Source of the DNA: Anaerolineae bacterium
GTDB lineage: Bacteria > Chloroflexota > Anaerolineae > Anaerolineales > E44-bin32
Direction of reading: 5' to 3'
Assembly (NCBI GenBank): GCA_030605795.1
Contig: JAUWHR010000014.1
Span: forward strand, 2,728-66,727
DNA length: 64,000 nucleotides
Shown: one piece after another, positions 40,240-50,229 of the stretch
How positions within the stretch are numbered: position 1 is the stretch's first letter
Layout of the letters: each line of letters starts with the position of its first letter
Translations under genes and position numbers: made by a program
The notes under the pieces: generated by a model
The model's database searches: none
What the model saw: the letters and a program-made list of their open reading frames with translations, nothing else
What the model was told of the DNA's origin: nothing

Positions 40240-40800
40240 TCAACGGGGAGAATCAGGACGCAGGCCTGGAAGCAGGTTCACTACCATCCGAGACAACTCC
40301 AGGTCCACTTCCAAGATGACTGCCTCGATGGCCGGGAGTAAAAGTTCAGCGCCGTTTTGGTCCTGGACTATATAGACATCGTTAGCGCCAGTCTCAATGA
40401 TTTGTACGACCTTGCCGAGGGGTTCGCCCTCTGATGTGACAACGTGCAAATCAAGGATTTGCCAGTGGTAATAAACATCTGCAGTGAGCGGCCCGGCTTC
40501 ATCGAAGCGGATATGCACAATCTCACCCCGCCAGCGTTCTGCCGCGTCGTAATCCTCGCATCCCTCTATGGCAAGTAGGAAGCGAGCCTTATGAGATTGG
40601 AAGTTACGGATAACAACCGGAATTCGCTTAGATCCAATGTAGACCGTGTTCGAAGGAACTAGGTTTTGGACGAGATCGGAAAAGGGGTAAACAACCATCA
40701 CCCCACGTAAACCGTGAGGACGCACAATACGCCCGACAGCCAGATATTCTGGTGGCTGTCGGGCGTCAGATTTCCTTCTCGAAGAATCAGATGAACCCAT
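40240..40800 (-). CDS. rimM: Ribosome maturation factor RimM
   Basis: VGRIVRPHGLRG, YYHWQI, TGANDV, LLPAI. Confidence 0.93.
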   Translation of the reverse strand: MGSSDSSRRKSDARQPPEYLAVGRIVRPHGLRGVMVVYPFSDLVQNLVPSNTVYIGSKRIPVVIRNFQSHKARFLLAIEGCEDYDAAERWRGEIVHIRFDEAGPLTADVYYHWQILDLHVVTSEGEPLGKVVQIIETGANDVYIVQDQNGAELLLPAIEAVILEVDLELSRMVVNLLPGLRPDSPR

Positions 40801-40805
40801 AAGCG

Positions 40806-41033
40806 CTAAATGATATCAAGGTCAGCGCGGATCCCTTTGCGGGAAGCGACGACTCGCAATAATGTGCGCATTGCATTCGCCACCCGGCCATTACGTCCGA
40901 TTACTCGACCCATATCCTCATCGGCGACACTCAGTTGCAGGTGCACAACTCTCTGCCGATGCTGCTCGGTTACTACCACTTCCATGGGATCATCCACTAG
41001 CGATTTGGCGATGAACTCAATCAGGGTCTTCAT
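40806..41033 (-). CDS. khpA: KH-domain RNA-binding protein KhpA
   Basis: LVDDP, DMGRVIGRNG; between rpsP and rimM. Confidence 0.9.
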   Translation of the reverse strand: MKTLIEFIAKSLVDDPMEVVVTEQHRQRVVHLQLSVADEDMGRVIGRNGRVANAMRTLLRVVASRKGIRADLDII

Positions 41034-41100
41034 GATTACATACCCTTTTTATTACTAGAGAAAACCTGTCTCATGCTGCGTCATTTGGAAATTAACGGCT

Positions 41101-41124
41101 TGAGTCTGCTGAAAAAAGCAGCCG
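41101..41124 (+). repeat. Solo MITE/IS terminal inverted repeat
   Basis: tgagtctgctgaaaaaagcagccg; near-identical reverse complement at 46980-47002. Confidence 0.5.
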
Positions 41125-41173
41125 CCAGCAGGAAATTCTCTGTATTGAGTGTCCGGCTCTCCAGCGTAGGCGT

Positions 41174-41944
41174 CTAAGCTGTTTCTTCCTCTGAGGTTGT
41201 AACCTCTGAGGCATCCTCGTCCGAACTTGCTTCGGCTTCATCATCCTCTGCCTCGACTTCGTGGGCCTCTTCCTCGACGCTTTCCTTGGAGGTTTCTACC
41301 TCAAGAGACTCCTCGGGGGTTATTTCGGTATCAGGTTCTTCTGAGGGTTCATCGGCAGCGACCTCCACTGCGGGTTCTTCCTCGGGAGCTTCCTCTGATT
41401 CCCCTTCAGCAACGGTGTCTTCAGTAGGCTCCTCCGTGGGGACATCTTCCGAGGCTTCAATCTCAGCCGTCGCCTCTGAAATCTCCTCCGGTAGGTCGTC
41501 CTCAGGTGCCTCCTCTTCCGGAGTTGGTTTTACCTCTGGGGGCGGTTTAGCAGGAACCTTTTCTTTCTTAGCAGAGGTCTGCTTAGCACGTCGTTTTTGA
41601 ATTAGGTCATCTCGCCGAGTGCGTGGGTCTACTTCGGGCATGGCAGCTTGGGCCTCTGCAAGCAGGTTCTCCAGCGGCTCACCCCCTTTATAACGCTCCC
41701 AACGATCCAAGGTGCCAAGCGGTTTGAGGATCTTCATTACCGCATCGGAGGGTTGCGCACCATGCTGAAGCCAATGAAACAGGCGGGCCTCGTCGATCTT
41801 TACCGTCGACGGCTCCGTGCGTGGATTGTAATGACCCAGGATCTCAAGGAAGCGACCATCACGCGGGCTCTCCTTGTCGGCAGCTACAATGCGATAGCTA
41901 GGTTGATGCCGGGCGCCAACCCGGCGTAATCGTATCCGAACCAT
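41174..41944 (-). CDS. rpsP: 30S ribosomal protein S16 with long acidic C-terminal extension
   Basis: MVRIRLRRVG...YRIV...PRDGRFLE.LGHYNP, GAQPSD; Glu-rich tail. Confidence 0.95.
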   Translation of the reverse strand: MVRIRLRRVGARHQPSYRIVAADKESPRDGRFLEILGHYNPRTEPSTVKIDEARLFHWLQHGAQPSDAVMKILKPLGTLDRWERYKGGEPLENLLAEAQAAMPEVDPRTRRDDLIQKRRAKQTSAKKEKVPAKPPPEVKPTPEEEAPEDDLPEEISEATAEIEASEDVPTEEPTEDTVAEGESEEAPEEEPAVEVAADEPSEEPDTEITPEESLEVETSKESVEEEAHEVEAEDDEAEASSDEDASEVTTSEEETA

Positions 41945-42057
41945 AATTTTTGTCTCTCTCCTATCTTTCCTCGAGTTGTCTGTCGGGGCGCTAGGTGGAG
42001 AGGGTCGTGCCTAGAAGGAAAGCACAGTCCATCCGGCGCACAGCCGATTGGCCAGGG

Positions 42058-42342
42058 TCACCGCGGCCAGGATGGAAGCCCGGCCACACCGCGTGTCCCC
42101 ATTTTCTTGAATATCCTGCGTATTTGCCTATATTGTCGCAGGAGCTGATTAACTTCTTGCACCGATGTTCCTGAACCAGCGGCGATACGACGCTTTCTAT
42201 TTGCGTTGAGTACCTTGGGTTTGCGGCGCTCGACTGCTGTCATTGATTGAATTATAGCCTGAGTTCGAATTAATTGGCCTTCGGCGATTTCTTCATCCAA
42301 TTGCCTCTGCGCGGCTGCTCCGTCCAAACCGACCGGTAACAT
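42058..42342 (-). pseudogene. ffh: Truncated ffh (SRP54 M-domain C-terminal part only)
   Basis: AIIQSMT..ER..P..LN..R.RRIAAGSG..VQEVN.LL; in-frame stop four codons upstream of the ATG; no NG GTPase domain; canonical position upstream of rpsP. Confidence 0.85.
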
Positions 42343-42442
42343 TTCCGCTAATCACCGCCGACACACAAGCCGCCGAACGGGCTGTTTGAAGCAGCTACCG
42401 GCCGGCGGAATACGATGTCGCACAATGCCATAGACCATAATC

Positions 42443-42471
42443 ATTGTAGCCTCTAATAGAAGGACGGTCAA
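42443..42471 (-). promoter_or_regulatory. Promoter of ffh'-rpsP operon
   Basis: TTGACC - 17 bp - TACAAT. Confidence 0.7.
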
Positions 42472-42619
42472 GGGAAGCGGGTAAAGGACTTTACTGCGTA
42501 GTTCAGTCATCAAACTTTATACAGTAGAATATTAGCCACTTCACTGAAAATGACCCAAATGCGAGAAAGAGAACATACCCTTTTACTAATGGCGGCTGGT
42601 ATAAATTTAAGCAAACGTA

Positions 42620-42742
42620 TTAATGCACTGAAAAAACTACCTTCGATGAGTAGGGAGGGGTATATGTGGGAGTGCGGGCGCAGCCCGCACCCCCACATAT
42701 ACCGGTCATCTTCTCGCGGTTGACCTTTTTTCAGTGGAGTCA
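42620..42742. mobile_element. ~122-bp MITE, copy 1
   Basis: Ends cactgaaaaa...ttttttcagtg, central ggtatatgtggg...cccacatatacc hairpin; near-identical to 59459-59580. Confidence 0.8.
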
Positions 42743-42752
42743 TTAATAGACG

Positions 42753-43619
42753 TCAAGATAGATATCGATCAACTAGAAGCGAGAGCTTGTCGCGTGTCTC
42801 TGAGGGGATCATCCCTGGGTTGGTTATGAACGCACCCTCGAGAGCCTGCCCACAGTCACAACTACGTTCGTCGGGGAGATTTATTACCAGGTGTGCAATC
42901 GATTTCTGCGCCAATTGGTTGTTGGCTTTTAGGATACGAACGACCATTTCAACCGTAACCGGCTCTTCCGCCAAATGCCAGACATCATAGTCCGTCACAT
43001 GAGCCATGACTGCATAGCACATTTCAGCTTCGCGGGCCAGGAATGCTTCCGGCGAGGTTGTCATCCCGATGATCGACATACCCCAGGCACGATAGGTGTT
43101 CGATTCAGCGCGTGTTGAGAAGCGAGGGCCTTCGATGGTGATATATGCTCCACCCAAATGGAACTTGCCACCGACAGTAGAGACACTTTCTGATAAATGA
43201 CGGGAAAGATCAGCACAGAGGGGATCTCCGACGCTGATATGCGCCACCAGACCGTTACCGAAAAACGACCGCCTCCGACCATGGGTGTGGTCAAACAGCT
43301 GGTCTGGAATTACAATTTCCCCCGGTGCGTAATCCTCGCGTAGAGATCCACAAGCGCTCACCGAGACGATCCGCTCGACACCTAACATCTTGAGCGCATA
43401 AATGTTCGCATGATAATTAACCTCACCAGGGGTGTATATGTGACCAATGCCATGCCGTGCGAGGAAAGCAATGCCCCGACCCTCAAGTTCGCCTAACATG
43501 ACTGGCGAACTGGGCTTTCCGAAAGGTGTATCCAACTCACGGACCTCAACCCTCTCTAAACCTTCCATTTCATACAGCCCCGAGCCACCGATCACCCCTA
43601 ATACGGGTCTTGCATCCAT
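42753..43619 (-). CDS. mtnP: S-methyl-5'-thioadenosine phosphorylase
   Basis: GVIGGSG, TPFG, RHG, EGPRFSTRAES, GMT..PEA.LARE, VTDYD. Confidence 0.93.
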   Translation of the reverse strand: MDARPVLGVIGGSGLYEMEGLERVEVRELDTPFGKPSSPVMLGELEGRGIAFLARHGIGHIYTPGEVNYHANIYALKMLGVERIVSVSACGSLREDYAPGEIVIPDQLFDHTHGRRRSFFGNGLVAHISVGDPLCADLSRHLSESVSTVGGKFHLGGAYITIEGPRFSTRAESNTYRAWGMSIIGMTTSPEAFLAREAEMCYAVMAHVTDYDVWHLAEEPVTVEMVVRILKANNQLAQKSIAHLVINLPDERSCDCGQALEGAFITNPGMIPSETRDKLSLLVDRYLS

Positions 43620-43854
43620 GCGATCTCCTCCCAGCGGGAATGGCGTTATCTTAGCATAGGTGGAATGACTTGTCAGGAAACTAATTTCTCAACGAATTCT
43701 CACTACTTGCCTCGACATGTGTCAAAGAGTGCTAGTAGTCAATCAAGATGATTGTGATTATTAGTTAGATATTTTAGGGGCGGACCCTCTAAAGTCACCC
43801 AGGCATGGGGTTTAAACCAAGCCCGCGTGGAGGGTGTTATGAATCATTTTGATC

Positions 43855-44694
43855 TTAGCTATCGAGAATAGCAGTCTCTTCTTCAGGCACCGTCTTCAGA
43901 TCTAGCGGGGTTACTCTATGACGATCTTTTACTGGTTTGAATGGAGGCGCGTACGGAGGGGTCACGTCCGGTGGACCACTTGGATCCTGCCCATAGATGA
44001 GTTCAACCTTGGCGATCAAGATCACATCCCCCGGGCGAAGGAAATGTTTCTTAATCAGGCGCCTATTAACTTGTGTCCCCGCGCTTGATTTTAGATCGAC
44101 AATCACATAACCATTTTCCCTAGCACGCAATTGGGCATGACGCCTGGAGACATGGCGGTCGTTGAGAACCAGATCGTTGTCGGGTAAGCGACCGATGTTG
44201 ACAACCTCTTTGTTCAGCGGAAAGTGACGCTTACCTTCAACAACGAGAAAGGCGTTGGCAAGCGGTCTTCTTTCAACTTCTTTAGCTGGTTCTTTATGTT
44301 CTTTAGTGAACTCCAGGGGATCGCTACTATGCCAGGCGATGACCCGGATATCTCCAATTGATAAGGTTGGATCGGTGGCAAGGGTGATATGCGGCTCCCG
44401 GGCAAGAATAAACCCGGTATTCTGTAGGACTTTTTGCATGTCGAGAGCTAATTGCCTCTGTACCTCGGGAGGGGCTCTTTGCAACTCCCCTGTCTCACGT
44501 GGATGGATGCTCAAAGTATATTGATCTGGAGCGTAAGCACGACCGTCTTCGTCTATACGCGAGCATTCAATAACCTCTTTAGCGAGGTGACGGGCGACGG
44601 CGCTAACCGAAAAGGTGCGCCACGGCAGTCCCTCCAAACTACCTCGTATAGAGGCTTTGAGAGCCCGTTCAAGCGAATCCGCCCGAATTTCCAT
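43855..44694 (-). CDS. FhaA-like protein (DUF3662-like + FHA domain)
   Basis: IGR..DNDL...VSRRHA..DL.S..GT.VN FHA motifs; N-terminal APDQY segment. Confidence 0.85.
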   Translation of the reverse strand: MEIRADSLERALKASIRGSLEGLPWRTFSVSAVARHLAKEVIECSRIDEDGRAYAPDQYTLSIHPRETGELQRAPPEVQRQLALDMQKVLQNTGFILAREPHITLATDPTLSIGDIRVIAWHSSDPLEFTKEHKEPAKEVERRPLANAFLVVEGKRHFPLNKEVVNIGRLPDNDLVLNDRHVSRRHAQLRARENGYVIVDLKSSAGTQVNRRLIKKHFLRPGDVILIAKVELIYGQDPSGPPDVTPPYAPPFKPVKDRHRVTPLDLKTVPEEETAILDS

Positions 44695-44756
44695 GAACTA
44701 CATTATACGCTAGTGTATAAGGACTACAAGCAGTAATTCGTACTATACTAGATAAT

Positions 44757-45167
44757 ATGAAGGGACCATATTTCGAAGAGGTCGAACATACCGCTGATCG
44801 GGCACTCCTGGTGCGAGGGGCGGACCTCAAAGAGTTGCTACACAACGCCGCTCTGGGGATGCTCCAATTAATCGGCGCCATACCTCGTTCTGGCCCTTCA
44901 CGGGAGCGGGAAATCGAGGTTCAAGCGCCAGACCGTGAAAGCTTGCTCGTCACTTGGCTAGAAGAATTACTCTTTGCAATGGAAACCCGCGGGGTGACGT
45001 ACACAAAGTTTGAACTTCAAATCACTGGCGACACCCATCTGTTCGCCAAGGTACAAGAGATGCCCATTATGGTAATTACCAGACATATCAAGGCCGTGAC
45101 CTATCATGACCTTGAGATTGAAAAAACCGAAGATGGCTTGGTGACAACCGTGGTGTTTGATGTATGA
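44757..45167 (+). CDS. Archease
   Basis: EHTAD, IKAVTYH, C-terminal FDV; upstream of rtcB. Confidence 0.93.
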   Translation: MKGPYFEEVEHTADRALLVRGADLKELLHNAALGMLQLIGAIPRSGPSREREIEVQAPDRESLLVTWLEELLFAMETRGVTYTKFELQITGDTHLFAKVQEMPIMVITRHIKAVTYHDLEIEKTEDGLVTTVVFDV

Positions 45168-45181
45168 GAGCGAGGTGAAAG

Positions 45182-46633
45182 ATGATTCAAAAACAAGATT
45201 TCCACAAATTGGGACCGGTTCTTTGGGAAATTCCCACCTCCTACCGACAGGATATGAGAGTACCGGTACGCATCATCGCCGACGACCGCTTATTGGAAGC
45301 CGCTCTTAGCGATAAATCTATGCTGCAAGCCGTTAATGCATCCACCCTTCCAGGTTTAGTGAGCTACATCATAGTGATGCCAGATGTCCATCAGGGGTAT
45401 GGCTTCCCGATTGGCGGTGTGGCAGCAACCCGCTTACCCCACGGGGTGATTTCCCCCGGTGGTATCGGATACGACATCAATTGCGGGGTTCGGCTTCTTT
45501 CCAGCCACATCTCAGCCAAAGTGGCTGAACCCCACTTGGGGGATCTAGCCAACGCGCTCTATGCTAATTGCCCCAGCGGCGTGGGGGTCGGGGGCAGCTT
45601 GCGTCTTAGTATCAAACAACTTGATCAGATCTGTCGCCAAGGCGCTGAGTGGACGCTCAAGAACGGGTACGCCCGGCAAAAAGACCTGGAACGCACGGAG
45701 GGAGGCGGCCGCATCGAAGGCGCCAACCCCGCTCATGTGAGCCCCCGCGCCAAGCAACGTGGCCGCCCGCAACTGGGGACCTTGGGAGCAGGGAACCACT
45801 TTATTGAGGTTGATGTCGTAGAGCAGGTATTTCACCCGGAAGCTGCCCAAGCCATGGGACTCGAAGAAGGCATGCTATCGCTTCAGATCCACTGTGGCTC
45901 ACGTGGCTTCGGCCATCAGATTTGTTCCGACTATGTGCGGGAACTTCAGGGCGCCGTCAAGCGCTATCAGATTCAGCTTCCGGACCGTGAGTTAGTATGT
46001 GCACCGTTGGATTCACCTGAAGGTAAGCGTTATCTTTCAGCCATGACTTGCGCAGCAAACTACGCATTCGCTAACCGGCAAGTCCTCGTCCATCATGCCC
46101 GTAGGGCCTTCGAACAGGCTTTGGCTGGCAAAGTTAGCGACTGGGAGCTACATCAGGTCTATGATATCGCACACAATATCGGAAAGATCGAAGAGCATGT
46201 AGTAGATGGGGAGAAAGTCCGCGTCTGTGTGCACCGTAAGGGAGCGACACGCGCCTTCGGGCCTGGTTTCGAGGAGTTGCCAGATGAGTATCGAGATCTT
46301 GGTCAACCGGTCCTAGTTCCAGGGAGCATGGCGACTTCCTCATGGGTTCTCCTCGGCACGGAAGGCAGCATGGCGCTCTCTTTTGGCTCCACTTGCCACG
46401 GCGCGGGACGGACGATGAGCCGCAAACGAGCGAAACGAATGGTGCGTGGTGATCGGTTGCGGGAGGAAATGGAAAGCAGTGGCATTCACGTTCGTGCCCG
46501 TTCAATGCCAGGCTTGGCAGAGGAGGCTCCGCAAGCCTACAAGGATGTAGATGCGGTTGTTGAAGTAGTCGTACGCGCCGGAATTGCCAAAAAGGTTGCT
46601 CGTTTACGACCTTTAGCTGTAATTAAAGGGTAA
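45182..46633 (+). CDS. rtcB: RNA-splicing/repair ligase RtcB (archaeal/eukaryote-like, archease-coupled)
   Basis: [41 protein letters not shown]. Confidence 0.96.
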   Translation: MIQKQDFHKLGPVLWEIPTSYRQDMRVPVRIIADDRLLEAALSDKSMLQAVNASTLPGLVSYIIVMPDVHQGYGFPIGGVAATRLPHGVISPGGIGYDINCGVRLLSSHISAKVAEPHLGDLANALYANCPSGVGVGGSLRLSIKQLDQICRQGAEWTLKNGYARQKDLERTEGGGRIEGANPAHVSPRAKQRGRPQLGTLGAGNHFIEVDVVEQVFHPEAAQAMGLEEGMLSLQIHCGSRGFGHQICSDYVRELQGAVKRYQIQLPDRELVCAPLDSPEGKRYLSAMTCAANYAFANRQVLVHHARRAFEQALAGKVSDWELHQVYDIAHNIGKIEEHVVDGEKVRVCVHRKGATRAFGPGFEELPDEYRDLGQPVLVPGSMATSSWVLLGTEGSMALSFGSTCHGAGRTMSRKRAKRMVRGDRLREEMESSGIHVRARSMPGLAEEAPQAYKDVDAVVEVVVRAGIAKKVARLRPLAVIKG

Positions 46634-46805
46634 CTATCAGCTAATATTCGAGGCCTATGCTCAGAAACCAAATTTGACTGTACCGAAAAAGCCCGAGCGC
46701 GTGAAAACCCTTTTCCTTCTATTGCTTTATCAAACATCAATAGGCATGTTTGTGAAGCTTTGATTCCACTAGATTGGTATTCAACCTAACGGTGTAAGAG
46801 CGGTA

Positions 46806-46943
46806 GCGTCCTTCGACTACACTTGCCACTTCGTGGCTCGTGGAGTTTATCCTGAGTGTAGTCGAAGGGCTCAGGATGCTCACCGCTTACTATTTGCATC
46901 CTGAGCGGAGGCCTGAGAGAAGCTCAGGCCGAAGTTGAAGGAT
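46806..46943. repeat. REP-like palindromes (cctgag...tcgaaggg family)
   Basis: ccttcgactacac...cctgagtgtagtcgaagggctcaggatgc and gcatcctgagcg...gaaggat; related to the unit near 1996-2017. Confidence 0.7.
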
Positions 46944-46979
46944 AGCTAAAGACACCAATCAGAATTGATAAAACAATAA

Positions 46980-47002
46980 CGGCTGCTTTTTCAACAGACT
47001 CA
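46980..47002 (-). repeat. Solo MITE/IS terminal inverted repeat
   Basis: Reverse complement tgagtctgttgaaaaagcagccg matches 41101-41124. Confidence 0.5.
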
Positions 47003-47004
47003 TA

Positions 47005-48243
47005 TTACTCTTCGGGCGGTAGCAACCTCAGGAAATGTCGCTTGCCAACACGCAGCACCTTTGGTTCATCCAATTCGAGAATTTCCTTTGGGTCCTCGAC
47101 AACCACACCGTCCAGTCGCACACCTCTTTGATCCACTAACCGTCGGGCTTCACTCTTGCTCTTTGTCAATCCCGCTTCAACTATGATTTCGACTAGCTTT
47201 ATACCATGTCGTGTATGGAAATCCGGCATCTCCTCCGGTTTTTCCCGCTCCTGAAACACTCGCCGGAAGGCTGCCTCCGCCGGCTCGACGGATTCCTCCC
47301 CATAGTAGATACCGACAATCTCACGTGCCATGCGCATCTTGACATCCCGGGGATGAAGTTCACCCGATTCCAATCCGGCTTCGATCTCGTCGATCTCGGT
47401 CGGCGTCAAACGGGTCACCAAACGGAAGTAGTCTCCCATTGCGATGTCGGGTACGCTCATAACCTTACCATACATGTCTTCCGGATCGGTTTGGAGCGGG
47501 ATATGGTTCCCTAACGACTTGCTCATTTTCACCACCCCATCGGTCCCAGGGAGGATACCGAGGATAATGGCAATGTTAGGCTTCTCACCCAGGGCTTCCA
47601 TAAGCTTTCGCGCGGCGGTGACGATGTTGAACAATTGATCTGTTCCCCCGATCTGAACGTCAGTCTTCAAGTGATACGCGTCGTACCCTTGCATCAGGGT
47701 ATAGAAGAACTCGTGCAGATAGATCGGATCCTCTGCCTTCCATCGCTTACGGAAAGCCTCCCGGGTGAGGAATTGCTGCAGGGTGAAATGCGAGGCCAAC
47801 TCAATCAGATCCTGAAAAGTCAGCTTTGAGAGCCAAGTATCATTGTATGCAATACGGGTCTGATTCGGGTCCAGGATCTTAAATGCCTGCTCGGCATAAG
47901 TCTCAGCGTTGAGGGTTGCATCTTCCATGCTGATTTGAGCTCGGACACTATTTTTATCGGAGGGATCGCCGACAAGCGAGGTAAACCGACCGATGACAAA
48001 GGTCACATCGTGCCCCAATTCCTGGAACTGGCGCATTTTGCGTATCGGGACGGTGTGTCCCAAATGCAGATCAGAGGTGCGGGGGTCGAAGCCACAATAT
48101 ACCCGCAACTTACGCCCCTCCTTCTCTACCTCAAGCAGGCGCATGCGAAGTTCCTGCGCCATGGCTTGTTTAAGGGTCTCATCGCCATACTTGGTGCCCT
48201 GCATTAGCAGGGAAACTTGTGTATCAAGTTCTGTTTTATTCAC
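47005..48243 (-). CDS. tyrS: Tyrosyl-tRNA synthetase
   Basis: GFDP..DLHLGH, MQGYD, GGTDQ, KMSKS, C-terminal S4 domain; GTG start. Confidence 0.96.
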   Translation of the reverse strand: MNKTELDTQVSLLMQGTKYGDETLKQAMAQELRMRLLEVEKEGRKLRVYCGFDPRTSDLHLGHTVPIRKMRQFQELGHDVTFVIGRFTSLVGDPSDKNSVRAQISMEDATLNAETYAEQAFKILDPNQTRIAYNDTWLSKLTFQDLIELASHFTLQQFLTREAFRKRWKAEDPIYLHEFFYTLMQGYDAYHLKTDVQIGGTDQLFNIVTAARKLMEALGEKPNIAIILGILPGTDGVVKMSKSLGNHIPLQTDPEDMYGKVMSVPDIAMGDYFRLVTRLTPTEIDEIEAGLESGELHPRDVKMRMAREIVGIYYGEESVEPAEAAFRRVFQEREKPEEMPDFHTRHGIKLVEIIVEAGLTKSKSEARRLVDQRGVRLDGVVVEDPKEILELDEPKVLRVGKRHFLRLLPPEE

Positions 48244-48272
48244 CGGCTATGCTCCTCTATTAGAGTGGAGGA

Positions 48273-48313
48273 TTAAAAAAAGTAATCAGCGTTGGCTGCG
48301 CAGCCCACGCTGG
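48273..48313 (-). terminator. Intrinsic terminator-like hairpin upstream of tyrS
   Basis: cagcgtgggctgcgcagccaacgctg followed by attacttttttt on the minus strand. Confidence 0.45.
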
Positions 48314-48536
48314 TTTCATCAGAAAAACGGTGACAATGGACAACTCACTCGGCGTTGAGCGCGCAGCAGACTCCGGAGGTGGGGCGGCAACCGCCCCTGG
48401 TATAGATATACCGTCGTGCGCCTAGGACCATGAGGAAATCCAAATCGATACAATCATATCACATTGATTTTAATACCTGCAAACGAAAACAACAACGATT
48501 GTAGGTCACGAAAAAGGACAAAACGGGTGATCCTTA

Positions 48537-50144
48537 TTACCGTACCCATAATACTATTTCATCCGAGACGATTTCTGTTGAGAGGGTAACTGCTTCATAG
48601 CCATGTTGGATCGCAAAACGAGTAAGTGGTTTTTCAAGTCCACCACGATCTCCAAAGCCAAATCCATCATTTTTACTCTCAAATCCAACCAGTATCGCGT
48701 CTGGCGGATTATTCTCCAAGTAACCGTCTAAGTCCAGATACGAAATTACACCGTACTCCTCTCTCTTTTCCTCAGATAACAAGAAAGCAGTCCTCCAGGT
48801 GAAGGGACCTGTAGCAAAAGCCTCATAAATATCCAACCCCCCTTCCAGAGGCATAATAGGTGCGAGTGTTAAAATTTTTCCTTCACCCAACAAGGATTTA
48901 ATATCCATTCCAAAATTGTGTACTTGAATAGTGAGCAATTGATTGGGGTGGTTCATCAGTTTAATATCATCAAAACTAACGATACGAGCACTGCCAATAA
49001 TTATGGCTGGAAGAAGAGGAATAATAATCAGAAACCAGCTCAACTGCCTCCGTTTACCAAATAAGGTACTGAAACCAAAGAATATTCCCAGGATGAGGAA
49101 TGGGATTGGCGCATAATAATATTGATACCATGAGGGGGTAGGACCAAATGACCCGATTAAAAGGAACAAGCTTAACCCAAAGGCAAACACAAGCGACATT
49201 TTAGTGCTCGTTTTCGTCACCATGCTCTTCACGGTAGCGGTGACCATAATGACGAACAAACCCAGGTAAAGGAGCATATTCAGGGGAGAGGAAATCACAT
49301 CAGTAAGAAAGTAGATTATTTTCCCCGCAATTGTCATACCAGTTCGGTGTCTCAATAATTTCCGATAGACAGGATTTAGTTTTGGATAAATAACATTTCC
49401 GAAGATAAAGAATTTTGGATTAGCGATGAATAATACAATAGCTGGTAATAACCCCAGAAACACCCCAATAGAAAATGCAATGATATGCAAGTGCTTTGAA
49501 GTTCTCGACCGTTGGGAAGGAAAAATAAGAAAAGCCCCGAGATATGGGATTATTACCGTTGCATAAGACAGACGAGCCCCAATTGCCAGCCCTAAGAAAA
49601 TCCCGCTCAAGAAGACCTTTCGCGTTGAAATATCTTGATTATCGTAACGATAGAGGAATGCAAACGATAATAGGACAAACAAGGTTGGAAGATCATGGTT
49701 CCATGCCTTACCACTGACACTGTCAAAGAGTGGGTTCGTTATTAGTAGGACTACACAAGCAACTGCTAGTAGGTTTCGGATAAGTGAACCTTGACCATAA
49801 AAATGCTGATACGTGATATAGAAGAGTATCCCTGCACTTATAGTTGCACAAACTACGGAAAAAACTCGGGCACCTAATAGACAATAATTTGTTAGTTTAA
49901 ATAATAATGCGTAGATTAAAACCAGATTAGGCATATGATGAAATGGATAATCTATGTAAGGAAAAGAAAACTGATCTGCAAGTAGTTTCCCACCGGCTAC
50001 AAATTGATGCTCATCATGATTTATTTCCGCGTTCAGGGATTTGCTGAGAAGTAGAATGAAAATAGCTAAAAAGAACAACGAAACACCGATAAATTGAAGT
50101 ACTCTTGATGAGATTCGTAGTCCGGGTTTCCACTTCTTACTCAT
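48537..50144 (-). CDS. GT-C fold (ArnT/PMT/GT39-like) membrane glycosyltransferase
   Basis: First-loop DE motif (NHDEHQF), PYIDY..HHMP, about 12 hydrophobic helices; AT-rich relative to neighbours. Confidence 0.72.
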   Translation of the reverse strand: MSKKWKPGLRISSRVLQFIGVSLFFLAIFILLLSKSLNAEINHDEHQFVAGGKLLADQFSFPYIDYPFHHMPNLVLIYALLFKLTNYCLLGARVFSVVCATISAGILFYITYQHFYGQGSLIRNLLAVACVVLLITNPLFDSVSGKAWNHDLPTLFVLLSFAFLYRYDNQDISTRKVFLSGIFLGLAIGARLSYATVIIPYLGAFLIFPSQRSRTSKHLHIIAFSIGVFLGLLPAIVLFIANPKFFIFGNVIYPKLNPVYRKLLRHRTGMTIAGKIIYFLTDVISSPLNMLLYLGLFVIMVTATVKSMVTKTSTKMSLVFAFGLSLFLLIGSFGPTPSWYQYYYAPIPFLILGIFFGFSTLFGKRRQLSWFLIIIPLLPAIIIGSARIVSFDDIKLMNHPNQLLTIQVHNFGMDIKSLLGEGKILTLAPIMPLEGGLDIYEAFATGPFTWRTAFLLSEEKREEYGVISYLDLDGYLENNPPDAILVGFESKNDGFGFGDRGGLEKPLTRFAIQHGYEAVTLSTEIVSDEIVLWVR

Positions 50145-50229
50145 CTTTAGCTCTTATCAAGAAATGGTCAGGAAAAACTGATGATCGTATGGGTCTCTAT
50201 AGTATGTAGCTTATTATGATCAGCTCGAC

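Noticed and set aside
42352-42412. SRP (4.5S) RNA gene
   Set aside because: GAAGCAGC is present on the plus strand but the CAGG and GGAA tetraloop of domain IV are missing
41101-47002. Composite transposon bounded by inverted TIRs
   Set aside because: Encloses rpsP and other core genes, no transposase, no target duplication seen; more likely independent solo ends
48244-48440. T-box upstream of tyrS
   Set aside because: No GGTGG-ACC T-box motif found; only a terminator-like hairpin
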